Virus genome (UHGV): UHGV-0385359
Length of the DNA stretch: 48,983 bases
From: a virus
Reading direction: 5' to 3' (one strand)
In this document: positions 16,513 through 24,598 of the stretch, in pieces
Numbering within the stretch: the stretch's first letter is position 1
Layout of the letters: every line of letters starts with the position of its first letter
Position numbers and translations under genes: made by a program
Notes under the pieces: model-generated
Database searches by the model: none
What the model saw: the letters and a program-made list of their open reading frames with translations, nothing else
Told to the model about the DNA's origin: nothing

Positions 16513-17549
16513 GAGCACTGTTAACCCCTGAAATTGTGCCACGCCTCGGCGTGGTGCTGTTCAAGCCTGGTCGCGAGCTAATGAGCCTGTTTGCTGGTGG
16601 GCGCGTTCTCGTTGCTGCTGAACCTAAAAATATGACCCGGCTGCCATCAGGCCGGGTTCCAGATGCCCGCCAGCCTCTGGCTGATGATCAATCTCTGGTT
16701 CCGTTCTTCACTGATGATCGGGTGATCCGCGCCGCAGGTGGTTTGTCTGGTCTTGAATACTGGCTTTTACGCCGTGTTAAAGAGTGCCAGTACCCTCATT
16801 CGGGCTATCACCATAAAGAGCTGGTCACAATGCGTCACGCTCCCGGTTCAATGGTGCTTTGCTGGCACTGTGAGAACCAGTTACGTGAGCAGACGACGGA
16901 ACAGCTTGCAGATCTGGCACGCCGTAACGTGATCGCGTGGGTCATTGATACTGTGCTGGTGGCACTTGGGTACAACCGGGAAAGGGAGCTTTCACTCGGT
17001 GAGCTGTGCTGGTGGGCGGTTTACGCTGGCGCCGCTGATGCCATCACAGAAAGCATGGCAGCCAGTGCGTTGCGGTTGCCTGTTGAGCCTTTGCAGTCCG
17101 TTTACAAAGAAAGCGATATCACTCCTTCTTTGCCCGCCACAACGATTTTTAAGGAGAAGATTAAACCAATACAACGCTGTACTTTGCCCGTAGAGCATGC
17201 AGAGCAACAACAAAAGGTTCTGGCATTGAAAGCCGATCCTGAAGCCCCTGAGTCTTTCATGTTACGGCCGAAGCGTCGGCGCTGGGAAAACAAAATCTAC
17301 ACAGACTGGGTGAAAACTCAGTCGTGCGTCTGTTGCAACAAGCAGGCAGACGACCCCCACCACCTGATTGGCCACGGGCAGGGTGGAATGGGAACAAAGG
17401 CACACGACCTGTTTGTGATACCGCTGTGCAGAGTGCATCACGATGAGTTGCATGCTGATCATGTGGCATTTGAAGCGAAATACGGCGACCAGTTAATGCT
17501 GCTGTTTCGGTTTTTAGATCGTGCTCTGGCAATCGGCGTACTGGCGTAA
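16509..17549 (+). CDS. DUF968-family prophage protein (Cys/His-rich C-terminus); GTG start
   Basis: C-terminal CVCCNKQADDPHHLIGHGQGGMGTKAHDLFVIPLCRVHHDELH. GGAGG-N4-GTG overlaps the methyltransferase stop. Confidence 0.5.
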   Translation: MRALLTPEIVPRLGVVLFKPGRELMSLFAGGRVLVAAEPKNMTRLPSGRVPDARQPLADDQSLVPFFTDDRVIRAAGGLSGLEYWLLRRVKECQYPHSGYHHKELVTMRHAPGSMVLCWHCENQLREQTTEQLADLARRNVIAWVIDTVLVALGYNRERELSLGELCWWAVYAGAADAITESMAASALRLPVEPLQSVYKESDITPSLPATTIFKEKIKPIQRCTLPVEHAEQQQKVLALKADPEAPESFMLRPKRRRWENKIYTDWVKTQSCVCCNKQADDPHHLIGHGQGGMGTKAHDLFVIPLCRVHHDELHADHVAFEAKYGDQLMLLFRFLDRALAIGVLA

Positions 17550-17567
17550 GTGGAGTGGAGAAGAATA

Positions 17568-17915
17568 ATGCGTGATATGTATGAAGTGATGGACCGTTGG
17601 GGCGCATGGGCTGCGGCGGACAGTAGTGGGGTAGATTGGCAACCGATAGCTGCAGGGTTTAAAGGACTTCTGCCTCATGGAAAAAAAACACGCCTGCAAT
17701 GTGATGATGATGAAGGGATTATGATCGATGGCTGCGTTGCTCGATTGAAGAAGTATAAGCCGGAGGAGTATGAACTGATTATCGCTCATTTCGTTATCGG
17801 TATTTCACTGCGTGCTATTGCTAAGAAGCGCAAATGCTCAGATGGGACAATAAGGAAAGAATTACAGACAGCTCTTGGGTTTATTGATGGATGTATGTGT
17901 TTGATTTTAACTTAG
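17568..17915 (+). CDS. quuD: late-gene antiterminator Q (QuuD / phage-82-type)
   Basis: MRDMYEVMDRWGAWAAAD...IAAGFKGLL...CDDDEGIMIDGCVARLKK closely resembles DLP12 QuuD as recalled. GGAGAAG RBS. Confidence 0.8.
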   Translation: MRDMYEVMDRWGAWAAADSSGVDWQPIAAGFKGLLPHGKKTRLQCDDDEGIMIDGCVARLKKYKPEEYELIIAHFVIGISLRAIAKKRKCSDGTIRKELQTALGFIDGCMCLILT

Positions 17916-17927
17916 GTTAGACGGTTA

Positions 17928-18314
17928 CTACTCTTTTGCCTGAGCTTTGGATTCGATCTCCGTTAGGGCATCAATGCGAATGTTGATGTTTTTTAAAAGT
18001 TTATTGTCTAAATCGACAAGGCATTGGTTATAGTGCGCAATTTGGTCAGGTGTTAGGTTAGGGTTGGCCAGACAGTTCGTAATGAATTTTCTGGCCGTTT
18101 TTATTTCCCTTTTCATTCTAACGTCATTAAGCGTAGGCAAACCTACGTAAGCGATGAGAAGAATTACAACGTGAGATAAGCCAACTGCAGCTCCAGGCGC
18201 TAACGATTTGAAGAAAGCCAGCTGAGGCAACCAGTCAAAAAGGAAGTTCAACCCCGCAGTGATAAGAGTGGTAAACCACGCCTGCATAGCCAGGTAAGAT
18301 TTAGCGTTAGCCAT
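17928..18314 (-). CDS. membrane protein (2 TM + C-terminal coiled coil), gene 3 of a minus-strand moron module
   Basis: 128 aa. TGAATG coupling to the upstream gene. AGGAAGG RBS. Confidence 0.5.
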   Translation of the reverse strand: MANAKSYLAMQAWFTTLITAGLNFLFDWLPQLAFFKSLAPGAAVGLSHVVILLIAYVGLPTLNDVRMKREIKTARKFITNCLANPNLTPDQIAHYNQCLVDLDNKLLKNINIRIDALTEIESKAQAKE

Positions 18315-18560
18315 TCACCTTCCTGCACTCGCTTCGTTACGTGTTTTGAGTTCGCGCAGCAGTAACGCCAACTGTTCTGCGTCATTTTCGTTTCTAACGC
18401 TTACTTTCCTTTTGGAGGTTCTGCCTTCAGGATCTGTATAAGTTAGCTCAATGTATGCATTCGGCTTTACCCAAACCAAAAACCTAAGCACAGCATATCT
18501 GACCGTCATCGCGACGGCCATGAATACAGTGATGTAAAGCATAATGCTTAGGATGGACAT
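18315..18560 (-). CDS. small membrane protein (1 TM), gene 2 of the module
   Basis: 81 aa. N-terminal hydrophobic helix then a charged tail. 3-nt gap to the upstream gene. Confidence 0.45.
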   Translation of the reverse strand: MSILSIMLYITVFMAVAMTVRYAVLRFLVWVKPNAYIELTYTDPEGRTSKRKVSVRNENDAEQLALLLRELKTRNEASAGR

Positions 18561-18563
18561 GAT

Positions 18564-19442
18564 TTAAAGTAGTTTCCTGTCTGCTGCTGCTCTATGACGT
18601 ATAACTTTAGTGATACTATAACGTGGTTTAGATAGTTCGCCATTCGTTTCTTTTGTTGTTTCCGTAAGTTCTACAACAAAAAGATCGTCTTTACAGAACG
18701 CTGCCTGGTTGTGTTCAATCCGTTCGAGAAAAGCCTCATCTTTCATAGAGGCGCTGACTTCTTCGCCACCTGGCAGAATGATGTCCCAGCTTTTGCCTTG
18801 CTTGAAGCGAACATTAGCAAAATGTACGTTAGCTTCGCGTGTCGTTACGTGCGTTTTCTCAACAAAAGTAGATTTAGCAACTTTAAAGCTTGCTGCTTCA
18901 ACTTGTGTCACCCTGACTACCTTGTGATCCTGTTGTGAAACCGAGAACGTAGATGGCTTGTCAGTCTGCAGGGGTTTATAGATTAATTTATCCAGCTCCT
19001 TTCGGATGATTGGACTTGTGATTAATTTCTGAATGTCGTTGCTGCATTCAACCTTCTCACCATCCACTTCGATTTCTGCTGTGTCTTTTTGTTCATCGAC
19101 AACAATGGAGCTGATTTTACGCCCTTTGAGCCATTCGATTATACCGAGCACACCACCTGCTGCAGCTCCGGCACCCGCAACGAGACCGAGAGCATTAATC
19201 GTTTTGATGCTCCCCATTACAGCTACCAGCAAAGTGAATGAACCTTCTTTTGTCGCCTTAATGTTGACTTTCGGCGCTGCTGTTTCGCCGTTAATTATTT
19301 TTTCGGCATGTTCAATGAGGGTGCTAAGCGAGGTTAATGCTTCGCCTAATGTTTTCGCATCGATCTGATTATCTGCGTAAGCCTCGCCACCATAGGCAAT
19401 TTCGATTTCGGTTACTGGCAAGTTTTCGAGTTGCTGTGTCAT
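18564..19442 (-). CDS. uncharacterised 292-aa protein with central Gly/Ala-rich hydrophobic segment, gene 1 of the module
   Basis: ATG at 19442 with AGGA-N9 RBS. Segment GLVAGAGAAAGGVLGIIEWL. No recognisable family. Confidence 0.5.
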   Translation of the reverse strand: MTQQLENLPVTEIEIAYGGEAYADNQIDAKTLGEALTSLSTLIEHAEKIINGETAAPKVNIKATKEGSFTLLVAVMGSIKTINALGLVAGAGAAAGGVLGIIEWLKGRKISSIVVDEQKDTAEIEVDGEKVECSNDIQKLITSPIIRKELDKLIYKPLQTDKPSTFSVSQQDHKVVRVTQVEAASFKVAKSTFVEKTHVTTREANVHFANVRFKQGKSWDIILPGGEEVSASMKDEAFLERIEHNQAAFCKDDLFVVELTETTKETNGELSKPRYSITKVIRHRAAADRKLL

Positions 19443-19573
19443 CAAAAAGCATCCTTTGCGAAAGAGAAATAGCCACAGGATACAGATAATCTTAGGAAAA
19501 TCACTAACGCGTACGCAAAAACTATCGTAATCTGTTAAGAGTGCTCACTTCGACACACTGCTTAATCATCGAA

Positions 19574-19600
19574 ACCCTGCCACGGCGGGGTTTTTATTTT
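19574..19600 (+). terminator. orphan rho-independent terminator in the intergenic region
   Basis: ccctgccacggcgggg hairpin followed by TTTTTATTTTT. No plus-strand gene upstream. Confidence 0.4.
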
Positions 19601-19710
19601 TGTTAACACGTCCGTGCTTATCCAAAAGCGCTTCGTTAAAGTCTGAACAACCGTGGGTTGTTTGTTGATGGAGTGCCTTTTATATGGCTCAATCAGTGCA
19701 ATGGTTTGTA

Positions 19711-19740
19711 TTGACAGATTAGCGGTTTGTTTTTATAAAA
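19711..19740 (+). promoter_or_regulatory. near-consensus sigma70 promoter (TTGACA-N18-TATAAA)
   Basis: ttgaca 19711-19716 and tataaa 19735-19740. No ORF with an RBS downstream. Confidence 0.5.
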
Positions 19741-19746
19741 GCGTCG

Positions 19747-19826
19747 CTTCCGTATGATTGTGTTCTACAGTATCAGTTATGGGGTGCGGGAGCTTCGCCC
19801 CTGTATCTTTTACAGGGGCTTTTTAT
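19747..19826 (+). ncRNA. candidate small RNA (about 80 nt) defined by promoter + intrinsic terminator
   Basis: Starts about 7 nt after the -10. Ends at the hairpin cccctgta-tcttt-tacagggg (19798-19818) plus CTTTTTAT. Lies in the 575-bp noncoding region between the moron module and the ibpA-like gene. Confidence 0.45.
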
Positions 19827-20023
19827 ACGGCTGTGGTCACATATCTGGGGTCTGGTACGCATGGGGAGCCTGTGCTGGTTTACCTGTTGTACTCCCCGGG
19901 CCGGAGTGAAAAAAATTTTCCTGGCAGATCTTGAAAACTGTGTAAGAGGGATTATTTTAATTATCGGACAAGCAATGCTTGCCTCTATGTTGAGCTTTTG
20001 AACAGGAATTCAGGAGGTTAATT

Positions 20024-20491
20024 ATGGCACTCAGAACCTTGTCAGCACTCCCGGTATTTGCTGATTCCATTTTCTCAGACCGTTTCAACAGGATTGACAG
20101 ATTGTTCAGTCAGTTAACGGGGGATACCCCTGTAGCGGCTGCGCCTTCATACGATCTCAAGAAACAGGATTCGAATCGTTATCAACTTACGGTAAGCGTT
20201 CCCGGCTGGAAGGAGGATGAGCTTGAAATTGAAACCGTGGGTGGAAACTTGACTGTTGCTGGTAAGCGGGCCGAAGAATCTTCAGAAGAAAAGGAAAACT
20301 GGATATATCGTGGTATCCGACGCGCGGATTTCCAGTTAAGCTTTTCTTTACCTGAACACACTAAAGTGAGCGGTGCAAAACTGGAGAATGGTCTTCTGCA
20401 GGTGGATATTTACCAGGAAATTCCTGAAAGTGAGAAGCCTCAGAAAATAGCGATAGAGAGCAATCAGAAAGTGATAGAACATAAATCATAA
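20024..20491 (+). CDS. small heat-shock protein (Hsp20 / IbpA-IbpB family)
   Basis: 155 aa. The alpha-crystallin domain aligns with E. coli IbpA (YQLTVSVPGW..EL.I...G.LTV.GK....E...NWIYRGI..R.F...F.L.E...V.GA.LENGLL.VD). CAGGAGG RBS. Confidence 0.8.
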   Translation: MALRTLSALPVFADSIFSDRFNRIDRLFSQLTGDTPVAAAPSYDLKKQDSNRYQLTVSVPGWKEDELEIETVGGNLTVAGKRAEESSEEKENWIYRGIRRADFQLSFSLPEHTKVSGAKLENGLLQVDIYQEIPESEKPQKIAIESNQKVIEHKS

Positions 20492-20579
20492 TTGGGTGTA
20501 AGTCTCAGCAGACTAAAGCTCCCGTTTATGTAACTACTCTTTATTTCGATATGACAATACCTTATATACTTCACCTTTC

Positions 20580-20606
20580 GGCCTGCTTTTGCAGGTCTTT
20601 TTTTTG
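20580..20606 (+). terminator. rho-independent terminator after the sHSP gene
   Basis: cctgc-tttt-gcagg hairpin plus T8. Confidence 0.6.
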
Positions 20607-20736
20607 TAAAAAAAAGCCCGCATTGGAGTACGGGCATAACACAGAGCAAATAGCTAATATTCAAGTTGTTTTATCAACTTGTGAGAAGAATTTAATCTTA
20701 AGCGAAATTTATGTAAAGGCATTATTACTTATCTGG

Positions 20737-20767
20737 TTATTGGTTGCCTTCGGGGCGGCTTTTTTTA
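20737..20767 (+). terminator. short GC hairpin + T7; candidate tR'-like terminator downstream of a putative late promoter
   Basis: gccttcggggcggc followed by TTTTTTT, 45 nt upstream of the first holin-like gene. The palindrome caagttg-N5-caacttg lies 60 nt upstream. Confidence 0.35.
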
Positions 20768-20812
20768 TTTCCCCTCGTACTGAGAGGAGCCACATCAATA
20801 AGAGGGGGCTAA

Positions 20813-21202
20813 ATGTCCGATCCATTAACCGGCGCTGGCGCAGTTCTCGGCGGTGGCCTGCTGGGCTCCGTTGCGTATGGAGTTTTTACTCACACCGACT
20901 TTGGCGTCGTTTTTGGCGCGTTTGGCGGTGCAGTATTTTACGTCGCAACAGCAACAAACCTTACGCGAGTCCGCCTGGCGGCATATTTCCTGACCTCGTT
21001 CATCGTCGGGGTGCTTGGAGCCGGATTTGTTGGCTCCTGGCTCAATGCCGCCACGCGTTATGAAAAACCGCTGGATGCGCTCGGCGCAGTAGTTCTTTCT
21101 GCACTGTGCATAAAGATTCTAACTTTCCTTAATAATCAGGATTTGAACAACCTGTTTGGTGTCTTTACGCGGTTACGCGGGGGAGGAGGAAATGGTAAGT
21201 GA
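20813..21202 (+). CDS. holin-like membrane protein (Gly-rich, 3 predicted TM)
   Basis: AGAGGGGG RBS. First gene of the lysis cassette, ahead of the GH19 endolysin and spanins. Confidence 0.5.
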   Translation: MSDPLTGAGAVLGGGLLGSVAYGVFTHTDFGVVFGAFGGAVFYVATATNLTRVRLAAYFLTSFIVGVLGAGFVGSWLNAATRYEKPLDALGAVVLSALCIKILTFLNNQDLNNLFGVFTRLRGGGGNGK

Positions 21203-21470
21203 CCCGACAGCACTACTTAACTCGATCACCTGCGCGGTGATAGTTCTTGTTCTGATGTTCTACCAGCGCCGGGGAGCACGTCACCGGCCTTTTATTTCGT
21301 TTCTGGCGTATCTGACCGTGCTGGTTTACGCCATCATTCCTTTGAAATTCATTTTCGGCCTGTATCACGATTCAAACTGGCTGGTTGTGCTGGTGAATAT
21401 TCTCATATGTGCCGCCGTGCTATGGGCGCGGGGAAACGTGGCACGTTTAATCAACATTCTTCAGAAATAA
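21192..21470 (+). CDS. holin / antiholin-like small membrane protein (3 TM)
   Basis: GGAGGAGG RBS. 11-nt overlap with the previous gene. Hydrophobic segments ITCAVIVLVLMF, FISFLAYLTVLVYAII, WLVVLVNILICAAVLW. Confidence 0.5.
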   Translation: MVSDPTALLNSITCAVIVLVLMFYQRRGARHRPFISFLAYLTVLVYAIIPLKFIFGLYHDSNWLVVLVNILICAAVLWARGNVARLINILQK

Positions 21471-21627
21471 AAAAAGGGAAGCGCGACATCTCCGCTTCCC
21501 TGAAAGTTCGAGGCCTGGTGTTGTTCTAATGAGGTGGAGTATCGACTTTAGTCAAACTCTGTTTCGCATTTATTACATCACACCTTGTCAGTAGTTTTTT
21601 GTCCTGCCTCAATATCGGGTTAATCAA

Positions 21628-22260
21628 ATGAATCAACAACAATTTCAGCTGGCGGCTGGTATAAGCGTCGGACTGGCCGCGCGCTGGTTTCCGCATATCG
21701 ACACGGCAATGAAAGAATTCGGCATCACTGCGCCGCTCGATCAGTCCATGTTCATAGCGCAGATGGGGCATGAGTCCGGCGGGTATGAAAAGCTGGTGGA
21801 AAGTCTGGACTACGCAGCCGATCGTCTTGTTCCCGTATTCGGCAAACGTCGTATTACTGCACAGCAGGCCGCCGCGCTCGGCAGAACGGCAACGCAACCG
21901 GCTAATCAGAAAGCGATTGCTAACCTGGTTTACGGTGGCGAGTGGGGCAAAAAGAACCTGGGCAACCAGGTTGCTGGTGACGGCTGGAAATATCGCGGGC
22001 GTGGGCTGAAGCAAATCACAGGGCTAAGCAACTACCGCAAATGTGGGCTGGCGCTAAAACTGGATCTGGTCACACAGCCGGAGTTGCTGGAGCAGGACAT
22101 AAATGCAGCGCATTCCGCAGCGTGGTTCTTTGCCACCAGCGGATGCCTTGTGTATTCCGGCGATGTGGAACGTATCACAATCATCATCAACGGCGGTAAA
22201 AACGGCCTTGATGACCGCCGACGTCGCTTCAATCTGGCAAAAGCCGTGCTGGTGGTGTGA
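21628..22260 (+). CDS. endolysin, glycoside hydrolase family 19 (chitinase-like lysozyme)
   Basis: AQMGHESGG...YRGRGLKQITGLSNY, the GH19 catalytic region signature. Positioned between the holins and spanins. Confidence 0.8.
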   Translation: MNQQQFQLAAGISVGLAARWFPHIDTAMKEFGITAPLDQSMFIAQMGHESGGYEKLVESLDYAADRLVPVFGKRRITAQQAAALGRTATQPANQKAIANLVYGGEWGKKNLGNQVAGDGWKYRGRGLKQITGLSNYRKCGLALKLDLVTQPELLEQDINAAHSAAWFFATSGCLVYSGDVERITIIINGGKNGLDDRRRRFNLAKAVLVV

Positions 22261-22261
22261 T

Positions 22262-22570
22262 ATGCAATTGAGACTGTTTGTAGTTATTTCGGCTCTTCTT
22301 CTTTCAGCTTGTGACTCCGGGCCAGAGCCAGCTAAATCAACGATGGTTGTTTCCTCTCAACTTTCTTCGGATGCAGACCGCATCAGAGTGACCAAAATGT
22401 CGGAATTTCGTGATGGGCTTGCATACGATAACTGGCGCGGTGTGTACCTCATTCAGGATAAGCAAACTGGCCGGGAATACATCGGTATAAGTGGAATCGG
22501 GATTTCAGACGTCGGCTCTCACAGCCAACTGGTTGGAAAAGTCCAGCAATCACTAAGGGATGAGCGATGA
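22262..22570 (+). CDS. lipoprotein of unknown function within the lysis cassette
   Basis: Signal peptide with lipobox LLLSAC. ATGA overlap into the Rz-like gene. Confidence 0.5.
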   Translation: MQLRLFVVISALLLSACDSGPEPAKSTMVVSSQLSSDADRIRVTKMSEFRDGLAYDNWRGVYLIQDKQTGREYIGISGIGISDVGSHSQLVGKVQQSLRDER

Positions 22571-22842
22571 ACATTGAAACTATTTTTGGGATTGTAATTG
22601 CTGTTGTGGCTGCCATCGCTGGCGCATTTGGTTTCGGTCACGCGCGCGGCACCAGCAAAGCGGAAACCAATGCAGACAAGCAGCGCACCAAAGAGAACGC
22701 CGCCGCAACGGTAGCGGCAGCAGAGCGCCGGGTAGAAACAACGAAAGAGGCCAGCAATGTACAGCAGACCGTTAACCATATGCCTGGCGACGATGTTGAT
22801 CGCGAGCTGCGCGACAACTGGACCCGCCCCGGTGGTCGTTGA
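22567..22842 (+). CDS. Rz: i-spanin (Rz-like: N-terminal TM + coiled-coil periplasmic domain)
   Basis: N-terminal TM IFGIVIAVVAAIAGAF followed by a charged, Ala-rich helical region. Contains a partially embedded Rz1 frame. Confidence 0.7.
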   Translation: MNIETIFGIVIAVVAAIAGAFGFGHARGTSKAETNADKQRTKENAAATVAAAERRVETTKEASNVQQTVNHMPGDDVDRELRDNWTRPGGR

Positions 22843-22975
22843 TACGGCTTGTGACTGGGTCAGGCCACTGTACCTGACAGACCACGACATCGATGTACTG
22901 GATAAGCAGACCAAGAAAGACATCTTGGCGCATAACAAAGCGTGGATGTCAAACTGTGGCACTACAACTTATTGA
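22757..22975 (+). CDS. Rz1: o-spanin (Rz1-like proline-rich outer-membrane lipoprotein), overlapping the Rz 3' end in the +1 frame
   Basis: Lipobox LIASC, Pro-rich mature region. AGAGG RBS inside Rz. Confidence 0.65.
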   Translation: MYSRPLTICLATMLIASCATTGPAPVVVDTACDWVRPLYLTDHDIDVLDKQTKKDILAHNKAWMSNCGTTTY

Positions 22976-23670
22976 TTTTGTTTTTTGTTGTCTACCATAT
23001 CGGGCAATGTAAAGGCATATAGAAGAAATACTTCGGTGAAACCAATCATTTCTTGAGCATCTTCTTTTGAAAATTCTTCATCAGAATGAACTGCTCCATT
23101 GGAATCAATTCGAACTATATGTGCCCATTCCTTCATTTGATCTGTGATCAGTCCCTTACCATGCAACATAGAAATCCGTTTGACCAATTTCTCATCTTTT
23201 GAGTCATTTCCCAATAACTCCCGTGTAGCAATGTCCAAGACTTTACGGCAAAGCATAACGGATGTGTCGAAACGACAGCGCCCTAAGTTGTCCTTTGCCT
23301 CTATGAAAGCCATAGCAGCACGTGGTGGAGTGTGATCGGGAGCATTAAGAGTAGTGGGTTTCGGGATTATATCAATCAGCTGGTATTCTGTATTTCCAGG
23401 GATGATTACGTTTACATCATTATTTTGCCTGGATTTTGCACGAGGTAAATAACCACCGGGATTATTCATTTTCACAATAGCAATACCGGATTGAAAGCAG
23501 CTTCGACAACAAAACGCAACATTAACTAAAGGCCCTGCGTTGATGCGCAGTTCAGCCCATCCTTCAAGGACGGCATTTTCCCTCAGACAATGTGGGCAAG
23601 TGATATCGAAAGTGAGAATTCCCATGACTCTACTCCATACATTAAAAGAAATTGAAAATGAATTAGACAA
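22969..23670 (-). CDS. moron protein: N-terminal CxxC...CxxC zinc ribbon + C-terminal DUF4145-like (HEPN-like?) domain
   Basis: CPHCLREN...CCRSC. The C-terminus (…LCRKVLDIATRELLG…VRIDSNGAVHSDEE…) resembles DUF4145. Lies on the opposite strand between the lysis cassette and cos (the lambda bor position). Confidence 0.5.
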   Translation of the reverse strand: MSNSFSISFNVWSRVMGILTFDITCPHCLRENAVLEGWAELRINAGPLVNVAFCCRSCFQSGIAIVKMNNPGGYLPRAKSRQNNDVNVIIPGNTEYQLIDIIPKPTTLNAPDHTPPRAAMAFIEAKDNLGRCRFDTSVMLCRKVLDIATRELLGNDSKDEKLVKRISMLHGKGLITDQMKEWAHIVRIDSNGAVHSDEEFSKEDAQEMIGFTEVFLLYAFTLPDMVDNKKQNQ

Positions 23671-23986
23671 TGCGCAACGACCTGAGTCTACTCTCCTTCA
23701 ACGATATGAAGTATCGAGTGAGTTTAAAAATGTAGTCGCATTGATCGGTAGATTGGTTTAACTGGACCGCCGCCTCTATGTCGCGTTTCAACATTATTGA
23801 AGTATCGCTTAAGGAGGACGTATTCAACACGGCTGAGTTGGCATTACAGCAGGTATTCACTGAGTGCCTGTGATAATGTCGATACACATTAATCAGTTGC
23901 GTGAGATGTCGGGCAATACCGATCCGGACGAAGCGTGACGCTGCTATAAGCTGGAAGATGGTGCAGACGACCTATATCTTCTGGCT

Positions 23987-24019
23987 CAATGGTTCGAATC
24001 CATTCCTGATTACCACATT
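23987..24019 (+). other. tRNA 3'-end-like fragment (perfect T-arm AATGG-TTCGAAT-CCATT + 7-nt acceptor strand + A + CCA)
   Basis: aatggttcgaatccattcctgattacca. No D-arm or anticodon arm can be folded upstream, so this is not a complete tRNA. Confidence 0.35.
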
Positions 24020-24088
24020 CAAGCTACTGGCACCCGCTAGTGGTTTTTTATGCGCATCGTACGCGCACATCAGAGAGACTCATTTCAA

Positions 24089-24598
24089 ATGAAAAGAAAA
24101 TTTAAGCTTGATGTCGAGATTGGTGCAGACCATCCACAGGCGGCAATCGCTGAATTGCAGTCTGTGGTAGCTCAGTTGCTAAGAATAAACTTTCCCTTTT
24201 TTGCGTCAGTTAACCTCGAACATTGCGTTGGTAGCGCGTCCATCGAACTGGTTGCTGAACATAAAGCAAAATCCCCTCAGTGTGGCGACCACGTATCGTT
24301 TAGCGTTAATGGTGGCACTGTGTTTATCAACGAAGCTTTTGTTCAGCCAGCAAGCGGCAGTGCATCAATGTCTCCTGGAGTGGAGCGGGGTGAGAAGACA
24401 ATCCGCGATAAAGTGCGCGATATCGTTGCCCCCTACATGACTGGCGAAGCAACTGTATTCACCGATGAGCTGGTGGATGAAGTGATGAACCTGTTTGATA
24501 AGCCAGAGACCAGACGGTTGATTGATAGTTGTATCACGGAGTCAATCAGGCTGCACTGCCGTCCGGGTGGGCTCATCTGGCAGACGTTACGCAGATAG
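24089..24598 (+). CDS. hypothetical protein (moron between lysis genes and cos)
   Basis: 170 aa from the ATG at 24089. Start uncertain: the ORF is open from 24050. Confidence 0.4.
   Translation: MKRKFKLDVEIGADHPQAAIAELQSVVAQLLRINFPFFASVNLEHCVGSASIELVAEHKAKSPQCGDHVSFSVNGGTVFINEAFVQPASGSASMSPGVERGEKTIRDKVRDIVAPYMTGEATVFTDELVDEVMNLFDKPETRRLIDSCITESIRLHCRPGGLIWQTLRR

Noticed and set aside
20551-21063. 170-aa plus-strand ORF overlapping the first holin-like gene
   Set aside because: Wrong frame relative to the RBS-supported membrane-protein ORF starting at 20813. Arg/Trp-rich junk translation.
21526-22014. 162-aa minus-strand ORF
   Set aside because: Entirely antisense to the well-supported GH19 endolysin gene. 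No RBS.
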